From an uncultured Gammaproteobacteria bacterium (GTDB taxonomy: Bacteria; Pseudomonadota; Gammaproteobacteria; Steroidobacterales; Steroidobacteraceae): 64,000 nt of DNA. A program made the translations under genes and the position numbers. The stretch spans positions 22,690-86,689 of the forward strand of contig CAWJVK010000002.1 of the NCBI GenBank assembly GCA_963846305.1, given 5' to 3'. Below are positions 15,764 to 25,900 of the stretch, piece after piece; within the stretch, counting starts at the first letter, position 1, and every line of letters starts with the position of its first letter. The notes below the pieces were generated by a model. It searched no databases. It saw only the letters and a program-made list of their open reading frames with translations, and was not told the DNA's origin.

Positions 15764-16762
15764 ATGTCCACGATTCTTGTCACCGGCGGAGCCGGCTACA
15801 TCGGCAGCCACGTCGTTCGCCAGCTCATCGAGCGCGGCGAGCGAGTGGTGGTACTCGACAACCTCTCGAGCGGCTTTCGCAGCGCGGTGCTCGGTGCGCC
15901 GCTGGTCGTGGGCGACACGGCCGACCGCGAGGTGGTCGCGCGCCTGCTCGCCGAGCATTCGGTCGCGACGGTGATGCACTTCGCGGCGCACACGATCGTG
16001 CCGGAATCGGTGTCGAACCCGCTCAAGTACTACGGCAACAACACCAGCGCCACGCGGAACCTGCTCGAGTGTTGCGACCGTGCCGGCGTCGCGCACTTTG
16101 TCTTTTCGTCGACCGCCGCGGTCTACGGGATCCCTGCCGAAGGCCTCGCGCGCGAGGATTCGCCGACTGCGCCGATCAACCCGTACGGCCTGTCGAAGCT
16201 GATGAGCGAATGGATGCTGCGCGACCTTGCCGCGGCGTCCACGCTGCGCTACGTGGCGCTGCGCTACTTCAACGTCGCGGGCAGCGACCCGGGCGGGCGC
16301 ATCGGCCACACCGCTCCGAACGCGACGCTGCTGGTCAAGGTGGCCTGCCAACAGGCGGCGGGCGTGCGCCCCGGGATTTCGGTCTTCGGCACCGACTACC
16401 CGACTCCCGACGGCACCGGCGTGCGTGACTACATCCACGTCGAGGACCTGGCGGCCGCGCACCTCAAGTCGCTCGATTACCTGCGTGCCGGCGGTGCCTC
16501 GACGACACTGAACTGCGGCTATGGGCACGGTTACAGCGTTCGCGAGGTGCTCAGCACGGTGGAGCACGTGAACGGCAAGCCGCTCAGGGTGAACGAGGGA
16601 CCGCGCCGCGCCGGCGACCCGCCCTCGCTGGTGGCCCATGCCGCGCGGATCCGCGAGCTGCTCGGCTGGCAGCCGCAGTTCGACGACATTGCGACCATCG
16701 TTCGGTCGCAGCTCGAGTGGGAGTTCAGGTTGCTGCGGGAACCAGAGCTGCAAAGGAACTGA
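15764..16762 (+). CDS. galE: UDP-glucose 4-epimerase
   Basis: MSTILVTGGAGYIGSHVVRQL..., YGLSKLMSE (YxxxK), RYFNVAG. Confidence 0.9.
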   Translation: MSTILVTGGAGYIGSHVVRQLIERGERVVVLDNLSSGFRSAVLGAPLVVGDTADREVVARLLAEHSVATVMHFAAHTIVPESVSNPLKYYGNNTSATRNLLECCDRAGVAHFVFSSTAAVYGIPAEGLAREDSPTAPINPYGLSKLMSEWMLRDLAAASTLRYVALRYFNVAGSDPGGRIGHTAPNATLLVKVACQQAAGVRPGISVFGTDYPTPDGTGVRDYIHVEDLAAAHLKSLDYLRAGGASTTLNCGYGHGYSVREVLSTVEHVNGKPLRVNEGPRRAGDPPSLVAHAARIRELLGWQPQFDDIATIVRSQLEWEFRLLREPELQRN

Positions 16763-16812
16763 GCGGAACTGGCCGGCGGCCGAATGTAGCCTTAATTATC
16801 CGTGGTAATCAT

Positions 16813-18528
16813 TTGAAATCATTGATATATCGTGCGTCTATCCTGGCGTCGGTGCTCGCCCTGTCGGCCTGTGGAGGCAGCGGCGGCGGTGGCGATGGTG
16901 GGGGCGGCAGCGGCCCGCCGCCTGCCACTGTCGCCGTCGGCGGCCGAATTACCTTCGACCGCGTCCCGTTCTCGGCGACGCCCGGGCAGGGACTCGATTA
17001 CGCCCAGACCTTCGAGGCCCCGGCGCGCCGCATCGTGGTCGAGGCGCTGCGTGACAACGGCAACGTGCTTGCGACCACGGTCACCGACGACGCCGGCACC
17101 TACAGCGTGCAGGTGCCGGCGAGCACCAGTGTCCGTATCCGCGCCCGGGCGCAAAGCGTGGTCGCCGCGACGGCGGGCGCCCCTGCCTCCTGGAGTGTGT
17201 CGGTACGCAACAACACCGGCGGCGACGCGCTCTACGTGCTCGACAGCCCCGCGTTCAATTCAGGATCCGCCGCACAGACCCGCGACCTGCGGGCCGCCTC
17301 GGGCTGGGGTGGCAATTCGTACACGTCCACCCGGGCAGCTGCACCGTTCGCGCTGCTCGACACCGTGTATGCGTCGATTCGCTTCGTCGTGGACCAGGGT
17401 GGCTACACGGGCGCATTTCCGTCGCTCGACCTGTACTGGAGCCCGCAGAACATGTCCTCGTCGGACTTCTCCAGGACCAACGGGCGCATCGTGACGACCG
17501 GCTATTTCACCTTCGACGGCGGGGTCGGCGACGGGATGTACGTGCTGGGCAACGCCGCGCTGGGCGCGGCATCCGACACCGACGAATACGACCAGCACGT
17601 GCTGGCCCACGAGTTCCAGCACTACATCGAGGACAAGCTCAGCCGGTCCGACAGCATCGGCGGGGCACACTCGATCAGCGATCGACTCGACCTGCGAGTG
17701 GCGTTCAGCGAGGGATTTGCCGACGCGTTCTCCGGCATGGTGCTCGGCGATCCCTTGTACCGCGATTCGTATGGCGCGGGCCAGTCCGCGGACGTGCACG
17801 CCGACATGGAGGCAGACCCGGTCAACGTCCGCGGCTGGTTCGGCGAAGCCTCGGTCGCGTCCATTGCCTGGGACTTGTTCGATACGGCCCCGGACGGCGT
17901 TGACGCGGGATCGGTCGGCTACGCGCCGATGCTCTCGGTGTTCCGTAGCGAATTGCGGACCGGGGTGCCGTTCGACAGCGTCTTCGCCTTTGCAGCGGCG
18001 CTGAAGCAGCGAGCCGGGGTGGACACCGCCCTGGTCAACGCGGTCGTGTCCCGCGAGCAGATCGTGGCGGCTTCGATCAACCCCTATGCGAACGGCGAGA
18101 CGCACGATGGCGGCTTGCCGGACACGCTGCCGGTCTATGCTCAACTGACGCTCAACGGGCCAACCGCCGAGGTGTGCGGCACGGCGGACGCGGGCTCCTA
18201 CAACAAGCTGGGCAATCGTCGACTGCTGCGTTTCAACGTGCCAAGCGCGCGGCCCGTCGACATCTTCGTGACGTCGCAGGACCTACAGGTGCCGATATCG
18301 CCGGATCCGGACATCTACCTATGGAATGCCGGCTACTTCGATTCCTCGGAATGCGCTGGGCCAGGATCGGGCATCGGTTGCACGCTGCCGCAGAATTCGG
18401 AGCGCTACACCGGCGTGTTGCCGGCGGGGGACTACGTGCTCGAGGTTTTCGAGTACAGTCACGTTGATCCGGACCCGGGCGCCACACGCCGTGGCCGGAC
18501 CTGCATGTTGGTAACGATCACCGGTTGA
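16813..18528 (+). CDS. lipoprotein zinc metalloprotease (HExxH) with a C-terminal pre-peptidase-like domain
   Basis: A TTG start at 16813 gives MKSLIYRASILASVLALSAC (perfect lipobox) plus a Gly-rich linker. HVLAHEFQHY matches the HExxH motif. C-terminal GDYVLEVFEY is PPC-like. Confidence 0.6.
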   Translation: MKSLIYRASILASVLALSACGGSGGGGDGGGGSGPPPATVAVGGRITFDRVPFSATPGQGLDYAQTFEAPARRIVVEALRDNGNVLATTVTDDAGTYSVQVPASTSVRIRARAQSVVAATAGAPASWSVSVRNNTGGDALYVLDSPAFNSGSAAQTRDLRAASGWGGNSYTSTRAAAPFALLDTVYASIRFVVDQGGYTGAFPSLDLYWSPQNMSSSDFSRTNGRIVTTGYFTFDGGVGDGMYVLGNAALGAASDTDEYDQHVLAHEFQHYIEDKLSRSDSIGGAHSISDRLDLRVAFSEGFADAFSGMVLGDPLYRDSYGAGQSADVHADMEADPVNVRGWFGEASVASIAWDLFDTAPDGVDAGSVGYAPMLSVFRSELRTGVPFDSVFAFAAALKQRAGVDTALVNAVVSREQIVAASINPYANGETHDGGLPDTLPVYAQLTLNGPTAEVCGTADAGSYNKLGNRRLLRFNVPSARPVDIFVTSQDLQVPISPDPDIYLWNAGYFDSSECAGPGSGIGCTLPQNSERYTGVLPAGDYVLEVFEYSHVDPDPGATRRGRTCMLVTITG

Positions 18529-18541
18529 GGTTTTACCTGTC

Positions 18542-19180
18542 ATGAAGCATCGAATTCGCGCGGGACACTTCGCCATGGGCCTTGCGTTGGCGCTGGCGGC
18601 GGCACTTGCGGCGGGCTGCGGCGGCAAGTCGGACGGCGATGCGGTCAGCAAGGCGGCAAATGGCGCCGACAAGGCACCTGCCACGCCGGCCCAGGAGCAG
18701 GTCAAGGCTGCGCAGCCGGAGGCGGAAAAACTGGCCAATGCGGTGGCGACCGGCAAGAGCTCGGCGCCGGTGGACCTCAAGTACGACATCCTGGCGAAGC
18801 CGGCCGTCGGTGAGCCTTTCGAGGTCGAGTTGACGCTGCTGCCGCGCCTTGCGGTGGATTCGCTGGACGTGGAGATCTCCGCGGTCGAGGGCCTGACACT
18901 CGTCGGCAGCGATCCGATCAGGTTCGAGAACGTGCAGGCCGGCGAGCGTTACACCGCGAAGGTCCTGGCCCAGTCGCAGGTGGCGGGCATGTACTACATC
19001 GGGGTCTCGGCGAAGATGACGACCAGTACGCAGAGCGAAGTCCGCGGCTTCTCGGTGCCGATCGTCGTCGGCGTCATTGCGGCTGCCGAGAAGCCCGAGC
19101 CTGCGCGCGATGCCAGAGGCGAGGCGGTGGAGTCGATGCCGGCGGCGTCGCCAGGCGACCAGGCCCAGCAAAATAAATAG
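18542..19180 (+). CDS. hypothetical lipoprotein
   Basis: MKHRIRAGHFAMGLALALAAALAAGCGG. No recognisable domain. The stop TAG lies inside a REP. Confidence 0.6.
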   Translation: MKHRIRAGHFAMGLALALAAALAAGCGGKSDGDAVSKAANGADKAPATPAQEQVKAAQPEAEKLANAVATGKSSAPVDLKYDILAKPAVGEPFEVELTLLPRLAVDSLDVEISAVEGLTLVGSDPIRFENVQAGERYTAKVLAQSQVAGMYYIGVSAKMTTSTQSEVRGFSVPIVVGVIAAAEKPEPARDARGEAVESMPAASPGDQAQQNK

Positions 19181-19214
19181 GTGCCAATAAATAGGTGCCA
19201 GGCACCTATTTATT
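19172..19214. repeat. REP locus D: half unit + full unit
   Basis: AATAAATAGGTGCC immediately repeated as AATAAATAGGTGCCAGGCACCTATTTATT. Confidence 0.9.
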
Positions 19215-19326
19215 GCCGGCCATAGGGCATCCGCCGATTCGGGGGTAGGAGACATTCTCCATTTGCAGGGAGAATGTCCGCGGTTTCCCCGGTATACTCC
19301 GCGCCCTTTTCCCCGGGCGCCCCAAC

Positions 19327-21159
19327 GTGACCGTCGACCCCACCAGACACCTTCGTAACATCGCGATCATCGCGCACGTCGACCACGGCAAGACCACCCT
19401 GGTTGACCAGCTCCTCAAGCAGTCCGGGACGTTCGCGGCCCGCACGGTCGTGCCGGATCGCGTCATGGATTCCAACGCGCTCGAGCGCGAACGCGGCATC
19501 ACGATCCTCGCGAAGAACACCGCGATCCGCTGGAACGACTACCGGATCAACATCGTCGATACGCCGGGGCACGCCGATTTCGGCGGTGAGGTCGAGCGCG
19601 TGCTCTCGATGGTCGATTCGGTGCTGCTGCTGGTCGACGCGGTGGACGGCCCGATGCCGCAGACGCGCTTCGTCACGCAGAAGGCTTTTGCGCACGGCCT
19701 GCGCCCGATCGTGGTCATCAACAAGATCGACCGCCACGAGGCGCGCCCGAACTGGGTGCTGGACCAGACATTCGACCTGTTCGATCGCCTCGGCGCGACC
19801 GAGGAGCAGCTCGACTTCCCGGTGATCTACACCTCGGCGATCCAGGGCTTCGCGACCCACGATCCGGGCCATCGCGGCGGCGACATGACCACGCTGTTCG
19901 AGACCATCGTGAAGCATTGCCCGCCGCCGGACGTTGACCTCGACGGGCCGTTGCAGCTGCAGGTCTCGCAGCTCGACTACTCCAGCTACGTCGGCGCGAT
20001 CGGCATCGGTCGCATCAAGCGCGGCACGCTGAAGAAGGGCATGCAGGTCACGGTGGTTGACCGGCAGGGGCGCGCCCGAAACGAGCGCGTGATGCAGGTG
20101 CTCGGCTTTCACGGCCTCGACCGCATCGAAGTCGATTCGGTGGATGCGGGAGACATCGTCGCCTTCGCGGGCATCGAGACCCCGGCCATTTCCGACACCT
20201 TGTGCGATCCGTCGAAGCCCGAGGCGCTGCCGCCGCTGGTCGTGGACGAGCCGACCATCGGCATGACGTTCGAGGTCAACACCTCGCCATTCGCGGGCAA
20301 GGAGGGCAAGTACCTCACCAGCCGCCAGATCCGCGAGCGACTGCTGCGCGAGGCGCTGACCAACGTGGCGCTGAGGGTCGAGGAGACCGAGGATCCCGAC
20401 AAGTTCCAGGTTTATGGTCGCGGTGAACTGCACCTGGGCGTGCTGCTGGAGAACATGCGCCGCGAGGGTTACGAGATTGCGGTTTCGCGGCCGCGCGTGG
20501 TGATCAAGGAAATCGACGGCGTGCAGAACGAGCCGTACGAGATCCTGGCGGTGGACATCGAGGATTCGAGCCAGGGCGGCGTGATGACGGCGCTCGGCAG
20601 CCGCGGCGGACAGCTGCAGGCCATGCACCCCGACGGCAAGGGCCGCGTGCGTCTCGACTACGTGATCCCGGCACGCGGCCTGATCGGCTTCCAGACCGAG
20701 TTCCGTACGCTGACCTCGGGACTGGGCCTGCTGTTCCACGTGTTCGACCACTACGCGCCCGTGCTCGACAAGCCGATCGCGGCGCGCCAGAACGGCGTGA
20801 TGATCTCCAACGGCCAGGGCATGGTGCTCGGGTATTCGCTGTTCAACCTGCAGGAGCGCGGACGGCTGATGGTCGGCCACGGCGACGAGGTCTACGAGGG
20901 CCAGCTCGTCGGCATCCACAGCCGCGACAGCGACCTGGTCGTGAATCCGCTGAAGGGCAAGAAGCTGACCAACGTGCGGGCCTCGGGCCGCGACGAGAAC
21001 ATCGTGCTCACGCCGCCGATCCGTTACACGCTCGAGCAGGCGATGGAGTTCATCGAGGACGACGAACTGGTGGAGATCACGCCGGCGTCGATTCGCCTGC
21101 GCAAGCGCGCGCTGAAGGAGCACGACCGCAAGCGTGCCGGACGCGCCGACGACGCATAA
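19327..21159 (+). CDS. typA: translational GTPase TypA/BipA
   Basis: GTG start. [39 protein letters not shown]. 610 aa. Confidence 0.95.
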   Translation: MTVDPTRHLRNIAIIAHVDHGKTTLVDQLLKQSGTFAARTVVPDRVMDSNALERERGITILAKNTAIRWNDYRINIVDTPGHADFGGEVERVLSMVDSVLLLVDAVDGPMPQTRFVTQKAFAHGLRPIVVINKIDRHEARPNWVLDQTFDLFDRLGATEEQLDFPVIYTSAIQGFATHDPGHRGGDMTTLFETIVKHCPPPDVDLDGPLQLQVSQLDYSSYVGAIGIGRIKRGTLKKGMQVTVVDRQGRARNERVMQVLGFHGLDRIEVDSVDAGDIVAFAGIETPAISDTLCDPSKPEALPPLVVDEPTIGMTFEVNTSPFAGKEGKYLTSRQIRERLLREALTNVALRVEETEDPDKFQVYGRGELHLGVLLENMRREGYEIAVSRPRVVIKEIDGVQNEPYEILAVDIEDSSQGGVMTALGSRGGQLQAMHPDGKGRVRLDYVIPARGLIGFQTEFRTLTSGLGLLFHVFDHYAPVLDKPIAARQNGVMISNGQGMVLGYSLFNLQERGRLMVGHGDEVYEGQLVGIHSRDSDLVVNPLKGKKLTNVRASGRDENIVLTPPIRYTLEQAMEFIEDDELVEITPASIRLRKRALKEHDRKRAGRADDA

Positions 21160-21210
21160 ATAGGTGCCAGGCACCTATTTATTTAATTCGGTGCCAGGCA
21201 CCTGTTTTTT
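21156..21210. repeat. REP locus E: canonical unit + variant unit with T-run
   Basis: ATAAATAGGTGCCAGGCACCTATTTATTT followed by AATTCGGTGCCAGGCACCTGTTTTTT. Contains the typA TAA stop and encodes the last 11 codons of the RAYT gene on the other strand. Confidence 0.9.
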
Positions 21211-21861
21211 GGGGCGGCCCCTGGGGCGTTTCGGACACGCGAAGTATCCGGGGTTCGACGACGTCTCCTCGATCCATCGCGGGTCCCCGAACGGGCGCTG
21301 GCGATTCACGCAGTCACGCAGTCCCTCAAGTTCGTCGGGCGACTGAGGCTCGTTGACCAGTTCAATCCAGTGGCCAGGCAGGTCCACTGGCGGGTCGGCA
21401 AGGCGGTTGGCGGGGTCGTCCACCAGGCGCAATGCAAGGCTGCCCCACGGCCAGTGCTCAGCCTTTTGCGCGAGCCCTGCGCGCAACGCATTGCGTTCCA
21501 CGTAACGCATGACCGTCAGCAGGTGCGCGTCGTTCTTGATCGCGAAAGCGCGGAATCTTCCCTGCCACACGCTGCCCGAGGTACCGTAGATGAGGTGATG
21601 GCGATGCGTGTGCGTGGTCGTCAGCCAGTGCATCCAGCGGCTGATGTCATGCGGGCCGTCGGGCGACACCACCAGGTGGAAGTGGTTGGGCATCAGGCAG
21701 TAGGCCAGCACGCTGAGTGGCAGGCGTTCCTGGGCCCGGTCGATCAAGGCCAGGAATGACTTGAAGTCGGCGGACCGGCGAAAGACCACGGCCTTGTTGT
21801 TACCGCGGTTGATCAGGTGGTAACAGCCGCCGGCAACCAGCATTCGGGGACGTCTCGGCAT
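21175..21861 (-). CDS. REP-associated tyrosine transposase (RAYT, IS200/IS605-like Y1 HUH enzyme)
   Basis: 228 aa. YHLINRGNN, HUH motif AYCLMPNHFHLVV, WQGRFRAF, and the catalytic-Tyr helix MRYVERNALRAGLAQKAEHWPWGS. Confidence 0.85.
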   Translation of the reverse strand: MPRRPRMLVAGGCYHLINRGNNKAVVFRRSADFKSFLALIDRAQERLPLSVLAYCLMPNHFHLVVSPDGPHDISRWMHWLTTTHTHRHHLIYGTSGSVWQGRFRAFAIKNDAHLLTVMRYVERNALRAGLAQKAEHWPWGSLALRLVDDPANRLADPPVDLPGHWIELVNEPQSPDELEGLRDCVNRQRPFGDPRWIEETSSNPGYFACPKRPRGRPKKQVPGTELNK

Positions 21862-21919
21862 CGGCCGAGCATGGGCCGTGCCGGCAGGCGGCGCTCTCGC
21901 TCAATCTTGCGGAATCGCC

Positions 21920-21948
21920 AATAAATAGGTGCCTGGCACCTATTTATT
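21920..21948. repeat. REP locus F: single canonical unit
   Basis: AATAAATAGGTGCCTGGCACCTATTTATT. Contains the TAA stop of purU (21944-21946). Confidence 0.9.
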
Positions 21949-22804
21949 CGAAGACGACGGTGCGATTGCCGTAGGCCAGGACGCGGTGCTGAAGGTGTGC
22001 ATGCACGGCGCGCGCGAGCACGATTTTCTCCAGGTCGCGGCCCTTGCGGACCATGTCCTCCACGGAGTCCTTGTGACTCACGGCAACGACGTCCTGGGCG
22101 ATGATCGGGCCCGCATCCAGTTCCGCGGTGACGTAGTGACTGGTCGCGCCGATCACTTTCACCCCGCGCGCATGGGCCGCGTGATATGGCTGCCCGCCCG
22201 CGAAGGCCGGAAGGAACGAGTGATGGATGTTGATGATGCGGTCGGGCAGCGTGTCGATGAAGCGCGGCGAGACGATCTGCATGTAGCGCGCGAGCACCAC
22301 GAGGTCGATCCCTTCCTCATGCAGTAACGCGAGCTGCCGGTCCTCGGCCGCGTCCTTCGTGTCCCGCGTAACCGGCACGTGTTCGAAGCGGATTCCATGG
22401 CGCGCCGCGACCGGCGCCAGGTCCAGGTGATTGCTGACGATCAGCGGGATGTCCGCGGACCATTCACCGGATTCCCAGCGCGACAGCAGGTCGTGCAGGC
22501 AATGCCCGTAGCGCGAGACGAACAGGGCGATGCGCTGGCGGCGATCCGCGCGCTCCAGCCGCCAGGTCATCGAGCAGGGCGCCGCGACCTCGTCGGCGAA
22601 GACGGTTTCGAAGCGCTCGCCGGCAGTCGGGTCGTCGGCCGGTGGTGTCCACTCGACGCGCATGAAGAACACCTGGCGCTGGGTGTCGACGTGCTGGTCC
22701 AGGTCGACGATGTTGCCACGGACCCTGCGGATGAGCGTGGTCACCGACGCCACGAGCCCTTCGCGGTCCGGGCAATGGATCAGCAGGATCAGGTTGGTTT
22801 TCAT
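21944..22804 (-). CDS. purU: formyltetrahydrofolate deformylase
   Basis: ACT-like N-terminus MKTNLILLIHCPDREGLVA. IINIHHSFLPAFAGGQPYHAAHARGVKVIGATSHYVTAELDAGPII. Confidence 0.95.
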   Translation of the reverse strand: MKTNLILLIHCPDREGLVASVTTLIRRVRGNIVDLDQHVDTQRQVFFMRVEWTPPADDPTAGERFETVFADEVAAPCSMTWRLERADRRQRIALFVSRYGHCLHDLLSRWESGEWSADIPLIVSNHLDLAPVAARHGIRFEHVPVTRDTKDAAEDRQLALLHEEGIDLVVLARYMQIVSPRFIDTLPDRIINIHHSFLPAFAGGQPYHAAHARGVKVIGATSHYVTAELDAGPIIAQDVVAVSHKDSVEDMVRKGRDLEKIVLARAVHAHLQHRVLAYGNRTVVFE

Positions 22805-22907
22805 CGCATCGGTCGCCCGGCGCAGCGGAAGCGGGACATTGTCTGTTTTTCCACCGGTTTTCGCACCAGTCGCTGGCTCGGGTCACCGGGCCGGGGGACC
22901 CGGGATC

Positions 22908-22936
22908 GAAAATAGGTGCCTGGCACCTATTATTTC
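22908..22936. repeat. REP locus G: degenerate single unit
   Basis: GAAAATAGGTGCCTGGCACCTATTATTTC. Its right end overlaps the first two bases of the TGA stop (22935-22937, minus strand) of the GGDEF-EAL gene. Confidence 0.8.
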
Positions 22937-25900
22937 AGGCGGTCAGGCGGACGGTCGACGAGTCCTCGGCCAGCAGCGTGGCCAGCGACTCGACCGGCAG
23001 CGGTGGCCCGATGTAGTTGCCTTGCGCGTACTGGATGCCGATGTCCGCGAGCCGCGCGAGCACGCGGGCGCTGTCCACGCGCTCGGCGATGGTGCTGATG
23101 CCCATCGTATCGCCGATCTGCACGATTGCCTCGACCATGCTGCGGTCGATGCGGTCGTGGTTCACGTTGTGCATGAACTGGCCGTCGATCTTCAGGTAAT
23201 CCACCGGCAGGCTCTTCAGGAACATGAACGACGAGAGGCCGCTGCCGAAGTCGTCGAGCGCGAAGCTGCAGCCGCGCCGGCGCAACTCGTCGATGAAGTG
23301 GGTCGCGGCGGCCAGGCTGGTCATGGCGCCGGCCTCGGTGAGCTCAAAGCACAGCGCCCCCGGGCTCAGGTCGGCCGCGGCGATCTCGTTGATCACGTAG
23401 TCCAGGAACTGCTCGTCGTTCAGCGTAGTGCCCGAGATGTTGATGCTGAGCGTGAACGGCGTCCGGTTCGCCGCGTCGTTGCGGCGGTGCGCAAGCCGGC
23501 TGCAGGCCTGTCGCACGACCCAGCGGTCGACCACTGGCATGAGGTTGAAGCGCTCGGCAGCCGGTATGAACTCGGCGGGCTGCACCAGCGTTCCGTGCTC
23601 GTCGCGCATGCGCAGCAGCAGTTCGAACCTGCGCTGCTTGTCCACGCCGGTGCGGATCGGCACGATGGGCTGGCACATCAGCACCATCAGGTCCTCGTCG
23701 CAGGCGCGGTTGATGCGCGACACCCACTGCATTTCGCGGTGCCGTTCCGGGGCCCGTCCCTGCTCGTAGGTCTGCACGCGGTTGCGGCCGGAGTCCTTGG
23801 CGGAGTAGCAGGCCACGTCGGCCGCGCTCATCACCGAGCCTGCGGTCTCCGAGTCGCCGGTGATCTCCGAGATGCCGATCGAGACGCCGATCTTCAGCAC
23901 GCGCTCCTGCCAGATGAAGCGGTAGTCGCGAATTGCCTGGCGCAGCCCCTCGGCGATGCGGTGGGCGGTGTCGAGCGTGCAGTCGTGCAGCAGCACGCCG
24001 AATTCGTCGCCGCCGAGTCGTGCCAGCGTGTCGCTGGTGCGGATACGTGTCTGGACCACGCTGGTGACCTGCTTCAGCAGCCGGTCGCCGGCCTCGTGAC
24101 CGCAGGTGTCATTGACCACCTTGAACTGGTCGAGGTCCAGGTACAGCAGCACGTGGCGCAGGCGGTCGGAGTCACGCGCTCCCTGCAGTGCGTCGCCCAG
24201 TCGCACCTCGAATTCACGGCGATTGATCAGCCCGGTCAGCGCGTCGTGTGTTGCCTGGTAGGTGAGGGCGCGCTGCAGGCGCCGCTCCTGGCTCACGTCG
24301 TGGAACACCATCACGGCGCCGATCAGCCGGCCGGTCCGGTCGCGAATCGGTGCCGCGGAATCCTGCACCGAGATCTCCTGGCCGCGGCGGTTGACCAGCA
24401 GCGCCGGCTCGGGCAGTTCCACGACACGGTCTTCGCGCAGGCAGCGCAGGATCGGGCTGTCGACCGGAACGCGGGTGACCTCGTTCAGCACCTGGAAGAC
24501 CTGCGAGACCGGGCGGCCCGCGGCTTCTCCAGCGGTCCAGCCGGTGAGCTGCTCGGCCACCGGGTTCAGGTACTCGACCAGCCCGCCGGCGTCGGCGGTC
24601 AGGACGGCGTCGCCAATCGACTGCAGCGTGACCTGCGCCTTCTCCTTTTCCTCGGCGAGCTGTATCTCGGCGAGCTTGCGGGTGCTGATGTCGGCCAGCG
24701 TGCCTTCGTAGCCGGCAATTTCGCCGTCCAGCCCGCGCAGGACCCGCGCATTCTCCAGCACGGTGATCACGCGGCCGTCGCGGCAACGCAGCTGGTACTC
24801 GGCGCTCTGCACCCGCCCGTCGCGCCGCAGGGTATCCACCACTCGCTCCCGGTCGGCGGGGTCCACGTACAGCACCGACGTTGAAGGCAGCGTGAGCAGG
24901 TCCTCGTCGCGCTCGTAGCCCAGCATCGCCACCAGCGCAGGGTTGACCGACTCCAGCTGGCCGGACACGTCGGCCCGGTACACGCCCTCGATCACGTTCT
25001 CGAACAGGCCGCGATAGCGCGCCTCGCTGCTGCGCAGGGCCTCCTCGGACTGCCTGCGCTCGATCGCAATGCCGGCGAGCGCGGTGAGGCGGCCCATCAG
25101 TTCGAAGTCTCGCTTCAGCGGGCTGCGCGGCGTGCGGAAATACAGCGCGACCGTGCCGATCATGGGGCCGTCCGACGAGCGGATCGGGGTGGACCAGCAC
25201 GCGCGCAGGCCGGCGGACAGCGCCGGCTCGCGCAGGTGCTCCCACAGCGCGTCGCGCGCGATGTCGGCCACCACGACCTGCCGTTGCAGGAACGTGGCGG
25301 CGGCGCAGGAACCGTTCCTCGGCCCGACCTCGACACGCTTCAGCGTGGCGAGGAACGGGGCCGCAATGCGTTGCCCGGCGACCACCCGAAGCACGTTCGG
25401 CACGGCTTCGTACAGGCTGACGGTGCACAGGGCATCGGGCGTGACGTGCTCCGCGGTCTCCGCGATCGCCTCGAGCGTCGCCGGCAGGCTCGCGTTGGCG
25501 GTGATGCGCTCGAGCACCAGCCGTTCGCCGGCGGCAAGGAATTCGCTGCGCTTGCGCTCGGTGATGTCGGTGATGCTGCCGCGGACCAGGCGTCGCTCGG
25601 AGGACGGCAGGCGGACCAGCCTGACCTCGCAGGGAATGACGTGCCCGTGCGCGTCGCGATGCAGCCACTCGAAGCAGGGCGCCTCGCCCTCGAGTGCGCG
25701 ATCGAGGTAGCCGCGCGACACGCCGGCGGAAGGGGTGCCGTCGGCCTGGGTCTCCGGGCTGATATGCGCCGGTCCAACCGCAAGCAGTTCCTCGCGCGTC
25801 ATCTTGAAGAAGCGCACTGCGTTCTCGTTGCACTCGACGAAGCGTCCGAGGTCGATGTCGAAGACCACCAGCACTTCCGGGGCGTTCTCGACCAGCGTGC

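Larger units (their letters stand above)
21156..21948 (-). mobile_element. REPtron: RAYT gene bracketed by oppositely oriented REP palindromes
   Basis: REP doublet at 21156..21210 (loop base A) and single REP at 21920..21948 (loop base T) flank the Y1-transposase-like gene 21175..21861. Confidence 0.8.

Noticed and set aside
19210-21174. Very long antisense or alternative-frame ORFs. Examples: 19210..21174 opposite typA, 22530..24884 and 24214..25968 within the GGDEF-EAL gene, 46590..49811 upper part, 47462..50230 opposite glnD, 58575..60413 opposite bamA, and 27275..29176.
   Set aside because: Their translations are Arg/Ala/Pro/Gly-rich with no motifs. They overlap genes that have unmistakable conserved products. 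Stop-poor off-frames are expected at this GC content.
22805-22907. A possible ZTP (pfl-motif) riboswitch in the purU leader. The minus strand contains GACUGGUGCGAAAACCGGUGGAAA and CGCCGGGCGA.
   Set aside because: Only fragments resemble the consensus. I could not build the P1/P2 helices or the pseudoknot-forming CCGCCUGGGC segment in the right order. An Infernal scan with the Rfam ZTP (pfl) covariance model would be needed to revive the idea.
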